Shown here: piece by piece, positions 50,517-62,751 of the stretch | Numbering within the stretch: the first letter of the stretch is position 1 | Layout of the letters: every line of letters begins with the position of its first letter | Assembly (NCBI RefSeq): GCF_963921235.1 | Contig: NC_086100.1 | Span: forward strand, 149,296,001-149,360,000 | DNA from: Mobula hypostoma | Lineage: Eukaryota | Reading direction: 5' to 3' | DNA length: 64,000 nt | Made by a program: the position numbers and the translations under genes | Notes under the pieces: model-generated | Databases searched by the model: none | What the model saw: the letters and a program-made list of their open reading frames with translations, nothing else | Told to the model about the DNA's origin: nothing

Positions 50517-52135
50517 AATTGTTATTTTTCTTGTAATTTACCGTTCCCATCTTTGTTTGTATTTTTATATAATCACCTATATACATGTAATTGTTTGCAA
50601 ATTTTCCCAGCAATTATAATACAACTGCCTGTGTAGTTTTATTCTGGAAGCTTTTTAGTTTTCTGTAGCAGGTGTTAGGCCACTTGAATCTGGCTACTTT
50701 ATAGGTTAGTTGTTATCACTCAAATTTTTGTTATCTCTGGTCAGAACATGAATTGCTCATGACAGCTTTTACCTTAGTCTTTTTTTTGTTTGTTCTTCGT
50801 TCTTGTAACACTTAATAAAACTGCTTCGAAATAATAAGCTTTATACCTCACTCTTGACTTCTGAGGAACCTTTGGATCACAAAAGCACCAAGGTGATGGA
50901 AGGAACACCAATGCTGCCATTCAGGTTGATTTCCAGTATTCAATTTGATTTTTTTCTCCAAAGGTGCTTACCTACAGACTTTATCACAATCGTAATCTAA
51001 ACATGAAGTAAGACCTAATTGAAATCAAAAGGTAGATGGCAGAGATCGAAAATAACAACAGAATTGAGAAAGGGCCTTTGACCTGAAGTATTAATCTATT
51101 TTGCTTCCTGCAGGTGCTGCCTAACCAGCCGCCTGATCTGTGTTCATCATGCAACAAAGGCTCCCCATGGAAGAAAAGAAAAATAAGTGGAAATTTTCAC
51201 CAAGCAACTGAGGAAAGTCAATGGTTATCACAAGGAGAATCCTCCAATAGCCAGTTTTATCTGAATACTAAGTAAGATCGGTGTGCTTGTATAAAGTCAG
51301 TTGTCAGAGCCCAAGAACATTAACCTTGTGGAACCTCGAACAAATCATATTCAGTTATTATTAATTAATTTTGCTTTCTCATACCATCAGTAGATTGTTC
51401 CCTGATGATTTGACTATTTTCAGCTCTAATCAGAATACTCCAACAATGAAGCATAATGCACCAAATCAGAATACTGGCAAGGTGGCTAGTCATATCCATT
51501 CCACATAAATGCCAAAAATGACCACTATGAACATACAAATCAGTTAACATAAAATGTTGTTACATTCCTGAATATATTTAATTTTTATTTCAATATTTTC
51601 CTTCAATGTATAGTGCAGATAAAATGTCAGCTTTGGTTATAACAAGTCAGCCCAGAGACATGTGCCACATAGGCAGTCCATGCCTACATGCAGTATTAAT
51701 GGCTAGCAGATTTTCTGTCAAGACCAGTATGGAACTTTTATAGTTTGATACGTTTCCCATTGAGCTCAGCAATAGTAGAGTGAAGCTGTTAGCAACAAGA
51801 TTTATGAGTTTTTAACAACCAAAAGGAACAATTTTGTTCTCCCTAGTCCACAAAAAATCCCTAGAAAAATGTTTCTACCCTTCCTTTTTGATGGGTATAC
51901 AACCAACTTGTTGATGAAATCTTACTTTGTGGCACTGCCAATAATTTCTCTTTTGTTTTCTAATACCACACTAATAGCTTGTCTTATTGTGTGCTCCATA
52001 GTGCATCACACTGTAGGTCGAATATTGGGGAAATGCTACCTTTGTGAACAAATAGCCTGCAATTGAACTTGTCATTGCTACGAAATAAAGGTTCAAAATG
52101 CCTGCACACCGGAATATTTTATTATTGCTACTTAC

Positions 52136-52282
52136 CATGACCCGCAAAGTCAGAGTGTCAGTTAGCATGCTCTCCACCTGGGACATTTTGTCCCCTATGT
52201 TTTGCATTATCTCCTTCACAGTGATTTCAGTGAGCTCAGAGTGTTTCAGAAGTATTTCAGTTTGCTGGAAGAACTTACTCAT
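52136..52282 (-). CDS. EVC: EVC exon (human exon 8 equivalent)
   Basis: ctcag|...|gtaagt, 147 nt. Encodes MSKFFQQTEILLKHSELTEITVKEIMQNIGDKMSQVESMLTDTLTLRVM. Confidence 0.88.
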
Positions 52283-53547
52283 CTGAGAGACAAACAAATA
52301 AATGAAAAATAAATCCTTAATTTATCTGCTTGAAGCCCAGGAGACGCAGTGCTGAACATACGTCTAGCAGCCCAGGTGATGTAAATTAAAGTGATCTCAG
52401 GTGCCTGTATTCTCATGTGGTGTTGGACGAAACCTTATAGAGTGAAAGCCTTCACTGCGATGTGTATTATTAGCTGAAGTGATAACTTGCAATTTGAATT
52501 AATCCAAAAATAATTTTGGAGAACTTAACCTCTGGTGTGTATTACGATATAGAAAAATACACAAAAGCCACAAAGTACATCATATAAGAAGGTGCTGCAT
52601 AACCAGGAGGCTATCCCCACTCACGGGGAAAGCTTTGGGAGTAAACTCCAAAGAAAAATCTGGAGCTGGAGTCCCTAAGCAGTTCCACATGGGTCTCATA
52701 CTGAGATACAATGTGATATACTGTACATACGTGGAAAGAGTCAAAGAACTTGGGGTTAATTCATGATGTCTGCACTGAAAGAGAAGGCATAGTCGTGCAC
52801 TGTTTTGTGATGCTTCTTCAAAGCTCCGCTGAGCTGACATTGGTAATCTGGTGGCCTGTCCTCCGCTTCTGTCCGGGCGGAGTTTGTATGACTCCCTTGT
52901 ATCTACATGAGTTTCCACAGGCTGCTCCCGTATTTTCCCATATCCAAAAGATAATATGACAAGTTAATTGAGCACTGAATTACTCCTGGTATAGATAAGT
53001 GCAACAGATTGACACAGAGTAGGGGATGATTAGATTACACTAGCTTATTGTCATATACAACAGGGTGAAATTCCCTTTACAACTGCTTCCTCTCATCTTA
53101 AATCTACAGTATACAGTCTTGACTTTAATATGACCACCATTGGATTAATGTCCATAAGCTACACAAATTGGATTGTTAAAAATGATAAAGTACATCCGCA
53201 CACATGCTGCTGATTTATTACGATAAATGAGTTTGCCACGTTGCTGTGATTTACCCATGGATTCCTTATTGTTGGAGTGTTGCACACACCTTTTCTGTAT
53301 CCTCCCGTTTCTTTGAGTTCATCTTGGGAAAGCGGACAAATTTTTAACGACTGAAATGTTAACCTTTGCTAAAATGGAAGGAGGTATGTCCAACTGCATG
53401 CCTATTCTTCATCCATGATAACTGCATCAGCAGTTGTGTGAGCAAGGTGAATGTTCAAGTTAATTAAATAGCCTGATCTCATCAGGTCAAGTCACCACTC
53501 CTACTATTACTGCATTACAAAACTGCCTCTACATGACCAAGTATTAC

Positions 53548-53682
53548 CTGTTGTATGGCATATTGCAAATAATCTCGTTCATCACTTTCAATTTCTTCCA
53601 AGGTATAAAGGCAATCAGCCTCTTCCCTGTCAGCTACATCTGGCAGCACTGACTGATGTTTCTTCAGCAGTTCTTGTAATTC
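53548..53682 (-). CDS. EVC: EVC exon (human exon 7 equivalent)
   Basis: gaaag|...|gtaata, 135 nt. Encodes ELQELLKKHQSVLPDVADREEADCLYTLEEIESDERDYLQYAIQQ. Confidence 0.88.
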
Positions 53683-54284
53683 CTTTCAATAAGAACAGTT
53701 TTAATTAGTTATTACAGTTTCTAGATGCATCCGTAAAGAACTGAAGACATGTCTATCAAAAAAGTTACTAGACTTTATTTTTAAAGTTAAAATATATTTC
53801 TTATAATATTGATGGATCAATTATGTGGAAAATGATGTTCACCTCACTTTACACTTTTCCATCCACTGCACTTTGACCTAGAAGCTTTTTGCTAGACTAT
53901 GCAATAACCATCCTAAGGTTGGTCATTATAAAGCACACAGAAGGTTGGCCCACTTTCCTATAAAGATTTTGTCTCTGGCTGCCTGGTAGATATTATGGAA
54001 TTCCCAGTTGGGAACTGTAGAAGCAACTCATTTCCTACTGTTCAAAAAGATATTGCCAGACTCTATGAGTTAGAACTTTATATTTAAAAACTTCAATTTA
54101 CCAGAATCAAACTTCAAATGAAACCATTTTAAGTAGTATTCAAAATATTAGTCTAAATTTTTTTCTCAAAATTAAGTATGAATACTTAAATATTTAATCA
54201 CTTTTTTCTCTTCTACTAATTCTCAAAGGCAAGAAACCCAAGGATAAAGCTCAGGAACAAAGAGTGATCACTTTTATAAAGACA

Positions 54285-54520
54285 TACAGCATGCTAACAT
54301 GTTCCTCAGCCTAATGAGCCCATGCCAACTCATTGCACTCATGTGACTAATTAACCTACTAACCTATATGCCTTTGGAAAGCAGAAGGAAACCAGAGCAC
54401 CCAGAGGAAATCCACACAGCCATGAGAAAAACATACAAAGTCCTTACAGATAGCTGCAGAATCGAACCTGGGTCACTGGCGCTATAATAGTGTTATGCTA
54501 ATTGCTATGCTGCTGTGGTC
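54285..54520 (-). mobile_element. SINE
   Basis: ggaaaccagagcacccagaggaaatccacacag core and a reversed B-box-like aatcgaacc. Confidence 0.6.
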
Positions 54521-54994
54521 CACTTTGCAATATTCCTCAAAATGTTTCACAGGAAGTAAAGAAGCAGACACGTACACAAATTGCAGAGATGTGTTATAGC
54601 ACTAGGGGATTTTGACATCCCCAATATTAATTTGAATTGTTTTAATGTGAAAGGTGGGACTTTTAGAGGGCATCCAGGAAATTTTTAAGCCAAATCACAG
54701 ATAATCTGAGTTAGTAATGTGCAGTAATGAATATAGTTTTAGGGAATGTAGAGGCAAGCGGTGGGAGTTTTGGAAATAGTGACCTTACTCTGAGATTCAA
54801 GTTGGACATTTACAATGTATGAATGGGTTCTAGGAGAATTGAGGAATAGAATATCCTGAGGGTGACAGCTGATGGGGAAAGAAGGCATGCAGGATGCCTG
54901 CCATCATTAGAAGAGGCTCAGGATATAAGGTTAGGGAGCTTTCATGCAACTTTATAAAACAATGTTTAGGCCACAGCTGCAAAATAAAACTCTA

Positions 54995-57045
54995 AAGCAA
55001 CACACACAAAACTCAGTAGGCCAAACAGCATCCATGGAAAAGAGTAAACAGATGATGTTTTGGGCCAAGACACTTCAGAACTGGAAAGGAAGGGGAAGGA
55101 GTTAGACTAAGGTGGTGAAAAAACACTTTTTTTTGTAGCAGACAGAGTGAAGGTGCTCAACAAAGCAGTCTCCCAGTCTCTGTCGGGTCTCACAGTCTAC
55201 ATTGGGCCTCACTAATATTCAGGCCACAATGGGAGCACCAAACAGTCACCTCACCTGGAAGGACTGTTCGGGGCCCTGAATGGTAGGGAGGCAGGAGGTG
55301 TGGCACTTGTTCTGCTTGCAAGGAGGAGGACCAGGAGGTAGATCAGTGGGGAGGGATGAGCAGACATGGGAGTTACGTAGGAGCGACCTCTGCAGAAAGT
55401 GGAAAGTGATGGGGACAGCAAGATGAGATTAGTGGTGAGATCCTGTTGGAGATGGTAGAGAATTATGTGCTGGATAAGGAGGCTAGTGGGGTAGTAGGTG
55501 AGGACAAGAGGAATCCTATCCCTGGTATGGTGGCGGGAGGATGCAATGAGGGCAGATGTGTGCAAAATGGAAGAGATGAGAGTGAAGGTAGTGTTGATAG
55601 TGGAGGAAGGGGAACCCCTTTCTTTGAAGGAGGAAGATATCTCAGTTGTTCTGGAATGAAAACCTCCATCCTGGGAGCAGATGCATTGGAGATGGAGGAA
55701 CTGAGAGAAGGGAATGGCATTTTTACAAGTGACAGGGTGGGAAGAAGCATAGTCCACATAGCTGTGAGAGTCACTCGGTTTATAAAAGATAACAGTAGAT
55801 AGACTGCCTCCAGAGATAGAGACAGGGAGATCCAGAAAGGAGAGACAGGTGTTGGAAATGGACCAAGTAAATTTGAGGGCAGGGTGGAAGTTGAAGGCAA
55901 AATTGATGAAGTTGATGAGCTCAGCAAGGATGCAGGAAGCAGCACCAATGCATTTGTTGATGTAGCATAGGAAAAGTTGGGGAGCAAGTCCAGGATAGGA
56001 TTGGACAATGGACTGTTCTATGTAGCTAACAAAAAGGCATATTGGGATCCATGTGAATGCCCAATGCTACACCTTTGGTTTAGAGTAAGTGGGAGGAGCT
56101 GAAGGAGAAATTGTTGGACCAGTGGTGGTGGAGGGAAACTCTTCAGGTCTGTTGTCCAGAAAGAAGTGGAGAGCTTTAAGGGCCTCCTCATAGGGTATGG
56201 AAGAGTGCAGGGACTGGATATCCATAGTGAAAATGAGGGGATTGGAACTTAAAGGTCATTGAAAAGATTGAGAGCGTGTGAAGTGTCATGGATGTAGGTA
56301 GGAAGGAACTGAACCGGGGGGGGGGGGGAGGAGATAAAACTGAGTCAAGATATACGGACGCAATTTCAATGGGACAGCAGGAGACAAAAATGATGGGCCT
56401 ACCTGGACAGTCAGGTTTGTGGATCTTGTGTAGGAGGTAGAAATGGGAGTTGCAGGGTAAGGGAACTGTGAGGTTGGTGGTAGTGGATGTGAGATCACCA
56501 GGGTCAATAAGGTCAGTGAAGGTGCAGGAGACAATGGCTTGGTGCTCCTTAGTGGGAGTCCTGTTAAAGGGATGAGCAAGAGGAGGTGTCTGAGAGCTGC
56601 TGTCTGGCCTCAGCAAGGAGGAGGTCAGTCCACCAGACTGCGACAGCAACTCCCCCCCCCGTCATTATCTGCAGGTTTGATGGGGAGGATAGGATTGAGA
56701 TTAGTGCAGATAAAGCAGAGAGCAGCCTGTTCAGAGGGAGTGAGGTTAAAATTGGAGAGAGGAGTGTTAAAGTCAAGACAGACAATGCCTCATTGGCAGT
56801 TAGCGATAAGATAAAATGATCTAGAGCAGGTAAAAGACCAGAGCGGGGTGTCCAGGAAGAGGAGGAAGGTTGAAGAGAAGAGAAAGGGTCGTCAGTGTGG
56901 GAGGGAGAGTCTTTGCCAAACAAGTAGACATGGAGACAGAGGCGGCAGAAGAAGAGCTCAGTGTTATGGCGGGTGGACAAAGGTGACGCCCTAACTGAGG
57001 TCAGAATGTTCTGCTTCAGAGAGGGGAAGGTCAGAAGGAATCAGG
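54995..57045 (-). mobile_element. Penelope-like retroelement, decayed, with its 3' terminal repeat
   Basis: FYLLHKIHKPDCPGRPII (RT), DYASSHPVTCKNAIPFSQFLHLQCICS (thumb), GIY-YIG remnant near 55150-55250; terminal repeat at about 54995-55100. Confidence 0.88.
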
Positions 57046-57962
57046 CAATAAAACTCTGATCATTTGCTGAATGTTTGGAAATCCTGATGGTTCAGCATTT
57101 GGTTCACTGGGTAACATTCTCCCTTGAGACTTAACAGAGTCACGATTCCTACTCTTGCAACCAACTGGAAACCTGGTACATCCTCCACCTGGACTCACCA
57201 TGAACCTGGTTCACATACAATATTCCCGAGTCTTACTGGCCTCACTGGAGGATGCTATTACAATGGAACATTTTTAAAAATCGAATTAAAAGTGTGTTGG
57301 ATCATCCAATGGTCTGGAAAAATTTGCCAGTCTGACACAAAAGTCCTGAGTATGGTAGAGTAGAGTCCTGGCTGCCAAAGTACAGGAAGAAAAAGACTGC
57401 CCTGGAGAAGGTGTAGACAAGATACACCAGGATGTTATCTGAAATGTAGCATTTTGATTGAGGAGAGACTGTACAGGCTGGAGATAGGGTAGATCATGGG
57501 AATATTTTCCTCACGGCAGAGTATTTAAAACTAGAGGGAATAGATTTAAAATGTAAGTTATGGCTTACAGGGAATCTGAAGTTTTTTTTATATATTAGAA
57601 CCTGGGACACACTGCCTGAATGAAGTGTAGAGGCAGGTAGTCTCACAATTAAAAAGTATCTAGATGAGCACTTGAGTCGTCAAGGTATAGAAGGTTATTG
57701 ATCAGTATAGATGGGCACTTGATGATTGGAATAGAAACAGTGGGCCAAAAGGCCTGCCTCTGTTCTGTATGATGCCATGAAATTTTTCTGCAACCTCAAG
57801 TGACCATCAGGTTTGACTAGCCAAAAGTAATCATTATTTTATATAGAGCAACTGGGAGGAGGGCTCCTCAGTTAACATACATATACAACACTGCACTATT
57901 ACATTAATGCCAATGGCTATTCACTCTGATAAGGAAAGCAGAAGAGACTGCATGAACATTAC

Positions 57963-58061
57963 CTTCTCTTTCATGGAAAGAAAATCCCTGTAGACATTCT
58001 CACCAATTTTCTCTCTTGAATACAAATTATTCAGTTCCATTCTTAATAACTGAAGAAATAT
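57963..58061 (-). CDS. EVC: EVC exon (human exon 6 equivalent)
   Basis: tttag|...|gtaatg, 99 nt. Encodes IFLQLLRMELNNLYSREKIGENVYRDFLSMKEK. Confidence 0.9.
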
Positions 58062-58119
58062 CTAAAGAAAAGAAATTGATGAATTCAGAGCCCCAGGGTA
58101 GTTAAAAAATGACATAGGC

Positions 58120-59650
58120 AGCATAATGTAGCAGTCTAAAATGTCCACCTGCTTCAAGTAGGCTTTAATTATGCCAGTGCCCAAGCAGAACATGGTAACC
58201 TACCTCAATGACTACCATCCAGTTGCACTTACATCAACTGTATGACGTGCATTGACAAGTTGGCGATGAAACAGAGTTCTGCCTGAGGAGCAACTTGGAA
58301 CCGCTCCAATTTGCTGACAGTCACAACAAGTCAACAGCAAATGCAATTTCATTGGCTCATCACTCAAGCTTGGAATATTTGGACAGTGAAGATGCATATT
58401 CCATGAAGCTCTTCATTTTCTACAGCTCAGTATTCAATACTATCATCCTCTCAAAAATAATCAATAAGCTCCGAGACCTAGGCCTCAATACTTCCTTGCG
58501 CAACTGGATCCTTGATTTCCTCACTTGCAGACCCCAGTTGGTTTGGATTTACAACATCTCCCCCACAATCTCCATCAGCACAGGCGCACTACAAGGCTGT
58601 GTGCTTAGCTCCCCGCTCTATTCATTTTACACTTGTGGTTGTGTGACTTAGGTACAGCTCCAATGCTATATTTAAGTTTGCTGACATCACTACTGTTGTT
58701 AAAGGTGGGGATGAATCAGCATATAGGAGGGAGATTGAAAATCAGACTGAATGGTGGCACAACAATAACCCCTCACTCACTGTCAGCAGAACCAAAGTGC
58801 TGATTATTGACTACAGGAGGAGGAAACTGAAGGTCCATGAGCCAGTCCTCATCAGGCTATCAGAGGTGGTGAGGGTCAGCAACTTTAAATTCCCTAGCAT
58901 TGATCATTTCAGAGGACCTGTCCTGGTTCCAGCACATTAGTGCCCTTACAAAGAAGGGACAGTAGCACCTCTACTTTCTAAAAGTCTGTGAAGATTCAGC
59001 ATGTCATTTAAAACTTTGACAAACATCTATATACGGACTGGTTGCATCACAGTCTGGTATGGAAACACCAATGCTCTTGAATGGAAAAGCCTACAAAAAG
59101 TAGTGGTACAGCCCAGACCATCACAGGTAAAGCCCTTCCCACCACTGAACACATCTACAAGGAACACTGTGACAGGACAGCAGTGTCCAACATCAAGGGC
59201 CCCCCCACCACTGAGGCCAGCTCCCTTCTAGATGCTGCCATCAGGTCGATGATACAGGAGCCTCAGGACTCACAGCAGCAGGTTCAGGAACAGTTATTGT
59301 CCCTCAACCATCAGGCTCTTAGACCAGAGGAGATAACTTCATTCAACCTTAATCGACCCAACAATAAACTGTTACCACAATCTACGGATTCACTTTCAAG
59401 GACTCTTCATTTCATGTTCTCAATATTTATTGCTTATTTATTTATCATTATTTAGTTCAGTTTATTTTTCTCTTTTTGTATTTGTACAGTCTGTTGACTT
59501 TTGCACAGTGGTTGACCACCTTGGGTGCGGTTTTTCATCGATTCTATTGTCTTTCTGAGTATTTACTCCGAAAGGCTGCAAGAAAATTCACCTCAGGGTA
59601 GTATATGGTGAGATACATGTACTTGGATAATAAAATGACTTTGAACTTTT
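58120..59650 (+). mobile_element. Rex1/Babar-type LINE, decayed
   Basis: [36 protein letters not shown] and TGCITVWYG motifs; actttgaacttt tail. Confidence 0.85.
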
Positions 59651-60204
59651 AAGAAACATGAATTATGATTTTTTTCCAATCTAGCTCACTCCCGAAGTTA
59701 TGGTAGGGTTCTCTTCCTGTGAATTGTTTGTCCCCTGAACAATTCACAAGTTAGATTTATGACTGCAGACTGGGCTCCTACATGGCACAAGATGCCTTCA
59801 GCCCCGAAACACTTGTCCAGTCTTCCATTTGCTATATGTACGGTCTGTACACAAGCTTGGCATTCACAAGTTGGGTGGACCTGATATATTGGTGTGTAAA
59901 GTGTGGTACAATCTGTATGGCCCTACATAGAGAACAATGCAGTCTTAGAACATTGCAAAAGAGGCTAATGCACAAACTGCAATGAGTTATGCATGGTGAG
60001 ACCCTGAGATAGGTCATATTGAAATTCTTCAAATCCAAGAGCATTGTTCTTGTAAAATTCTTGTCCTGGCATCTAAGATGAGACCATGATATGGTCAGAT
60101 GAGAAGTCTGCCATATTTCACTTCAGTCAACACAATGATACCTATATTTTTCTTGTTTTAGGTATTTAACATCCACCTTAGTTCCTTAACAAATGTAGAC
60201 CTAC

Positions 60205-60289
60205 CGTACATTTTTCTTGATGCATGTCTGTATCTAATTGTCTCAAGTCTTGAAGACTGAGTCTGTACAGGCCGAGATCTGCCTCAGGA
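60205..60289 (-). CDS. EVC: EVC exon (human exon 5 equivalent)
   Basis: aacag|...|gtaggt, 85 nt. PEADLGLYRLSLQDLRQLDTDMHQEKCT matches human [24 protein letters not shown]. Confidence 0.92.
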
Positions 60290-61080
60290 CTGTTAAATAT
60301 GAAGAAAAGACATAAGAAGTACAAACAAGCAACACCAAATAATAGGAAATAAATTTTGAAAAGCTAGAAGTTATATGTGAGGTTATTACTTACCTGGCCC
60401 AGAACCATTGCCATGGTTCGAGGGCCAGCCTTCCACTTGGAACTCAGCTGCCAGTGGATGACATTGCTTATGGCAGCTCAGTCTACGTGGCTGGCTGTGC
60501 TGACAGACCAGCAGCAGAAGCAGGTGAAGTGCCAGATCCAGCTTTCAAAGCTGCTACTGTTATTCATATTTTTAACATTCACAAATATTCAAGTACCACA
60601 GAAGACTTGTAGAGTAAGTTATAATAGAAATGATTAAAAAATTAAAATGTTAAAATGACACACTTGAGCACTTTAACTCATTAAAACCAAATAAAAAGCT
60701 GGAGCTAATTTTCTCCCCAAACTTCCATTCTGATTTCAATGGGCTAGCTGCAAGTTTATTGGACAGATATCCCAACCCAAAAGCTGGAAAATCCATAGAC
60801 ACTGGCACCACCCTAACAGCCTATCACAAACAGACCCCAAGTGGAAGGCTGGGGCACACACGCCTTTTCAGCAAAGGCCAGTTATGGCCGTATCTACCAG
60901 TAGATCTAGTCAGATCCTGGTGGATGGTCTCAATTATTTTAAAATGAGGGCTTCATTAAATGTGTACGCATGATTTTAAACTAATTCAGATGATCTAATT
61001 TTTCATCTAAGATTAGAAAATTAGAAATACTTCAGCAAATGCAAGGACCAAATTAAATTTGTATTGTTTGACTCTATTTT

Positions 61081-61380
61081 GCCGTGGCCAAGTAGTTAAG
61101 GCATTGGACTAACTACCTGAAGGTCGCGAGTTCGAGCCCAGCTGAGGGAACATGCTGTGTCCTTGAGCACGGCACTTAATCACACATTGCTCTGCGATGA
61201 CACTGGTGCCAAGCTGTATGGGTCCTAATGCCCTTCCCTTGGACAACATTGGTGTCGTGGAGAGGGGAGACTTGCAGTATGGGCAACTGCTGGTCTTCCA
61301 CACAATCTTGCCCTTGCCTTGGAGAGTGAAGACTTCCCAAGCGCAGATCCATGGTCTCGCAAGACTAACAGATGCCTTTA
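61081..61380 (+). mobile_element. tRNA-derived SINE
   Basis: A box TGGCCAAGTAG and B box GAGTTCGAGCC at the 5' end, followed by a gtgtccttgagc core. Confidence 0.75.
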
Positions 61381-61475
61381 ATTTATTTTGCATGACTAAA
61401 TTCACATGACCTCATGAAATTCATTTTTATAGCCACACATTTATATCTAGTAAACATGCATTGAAAATAATTTAC

Positions 61476-61711
61476 CTTGAATAGCCCAGTATTTCTGGGA
61501 AGAATGTTATCATTAAAACTTTTGTATCCTCATTATATATTTTAGGATCCAGTGGTGAATAATTCCCTGCAAAATAATTGCTATTTCCTTCTTCCATTTC
61601 ACCAGGTGCCTCAGAGCCCGACAGAACAAAATCTTCTTTTGCCCTTTTGCTGTAGTCTTGTTGTTTGAAGTTCTCTAACAGAGAAGGGTTAGAAGATCCA
61701 TCTGCTAATGG
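61476..61711 (-). CDS. EVC: EVC exon (human exon 4 equivalent)
   Basis: tgcag|...|gtaaat, 236 nt. PLADGSSNPSLLENFKQ...FPEILGYS matches human PLADGSSNPSLHENLKQ...FPEVLACES. Confidence 0.93.
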
Positions 61712-62097
61712 CTGCAATAAAATGCACACAAAATATTAATAATTAAGTAATATAACATTTATGCAACATTGTGATAAAATAATAAATTATCCCATGTGGC
61801 TTGAAAGGAGGAGAAATTTTATTGAGGTTGGTGAACCTGTGGAATTTTCTCCCACATGGAAGGTAACTGTAATTGTTACTGTCTACAACAGATGTATCAC
61901 TTGAATATAGGCTGCAAAATATAGATTGATTTTTAGACACAAAAAGCATCAAGGAATATGGGAAAAAATGAGAATATGTTGCCAAGATAGAGGATCAGTT
62001 AATGATGGTATTGAATGACATTGCAGGCTTGATCGGCTGACTGGCCTATTCCTTTACCTATAACAACAGGAATTCTGCAGATGCTGGAAATTCAAGC

Positions 62098-62259
62098 AAC
62101 ACACATCAAAGTTGCTGGTGAACGCAGCAGGCCAGGCAGCATCTCTAGGAAGAGGTACAGTCGACGTTTCAGGCCGAGACCCGCCTGAAACGTCGACTGT
62201 ACCTCTTCCTAGAGATGCTGCCTGGCCTGCTGCATTCACCAGCAACTTTGATGTGTGTT
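62098..62259. repeat. Near-perfect 77-bp inverted repeat with an 8-nt loop (Penelope terminal-repeat fold-back)
   Basis: Arms 62098-62174 and 62183-62259 differ at one base; loop cgagaccc. Confidence 0.95.
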
Positions 62260-62374
62260 CCTTCATCTATATTCTGGTTTGCTATGTGGTGAATACTATT
62301 TTGAATTTTAATCATTTAACTTGGTTCGTTCTAATTATTTCAAATTGACATCTAACATGATGCAGAACACCAGA

Positions 62375-62750
62375 AACTGGGTGACAGTCAGGAAGGGGAA
62401 AGTGGTTCAGGAGCCAGTGCAGAGTACCCCTGTGGCCATCCCCCTCAACAAAAGGTATTTCATTTCGGATACTGTTGGGAGGCGGGGTGGGGGTTGACCT
62501 AACAGAGGAAAGTCACAGTGGTTGTGTCTCTGCACTGAGTCTGGCTCTGTGACTCAGAAGGGAAGGGGGGAGTGTGAAAGGCATGTTGTGGTGATAGGGG
62601 ATCATTAGAGGAATGGACAGCAGGTTCTGTGAGCGAAAACAATATTCCCAGATGATATGCTGCCTCCCGGGTGCCAAGGCTAAGGACATCTCGGATCAAG
62701 TCCTCAGTATTCTTAAGTGGAAGGGTGAACAGCCAGTGGTTATGGTCCAT
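62375..62750 (+). mobile_element. CR1 ORF1 (esterase) fragment
   Basis: WVTVRKGK..STPVAIPLN and MICCLPGAKAKDISDQVLSILKWKGEQPVVMVH. Confidence 0.75.
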
Positions 62751-62751
62751 G

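Noticed and set aside
60386-60400. U1 snRNA gene (TACTTACCTGGC)
   Set aside because: The match stops after 12 nt; it is simply the complement of a consensus donor.
60394-60482. H/ACA snoRNA
   Set aside because: Hairpins are too short and there is no ANANNA box between them on either strand.
61081-61150. tRNA gene
   Set aside because: A and B boxes are present, but there is no convincing acceptor stem and it continues into a SINE body.
62054-62348. Mirror-image ORFs on both strands encoding the same peptide
   Set aside because: A by-product of the DNA palindrome.
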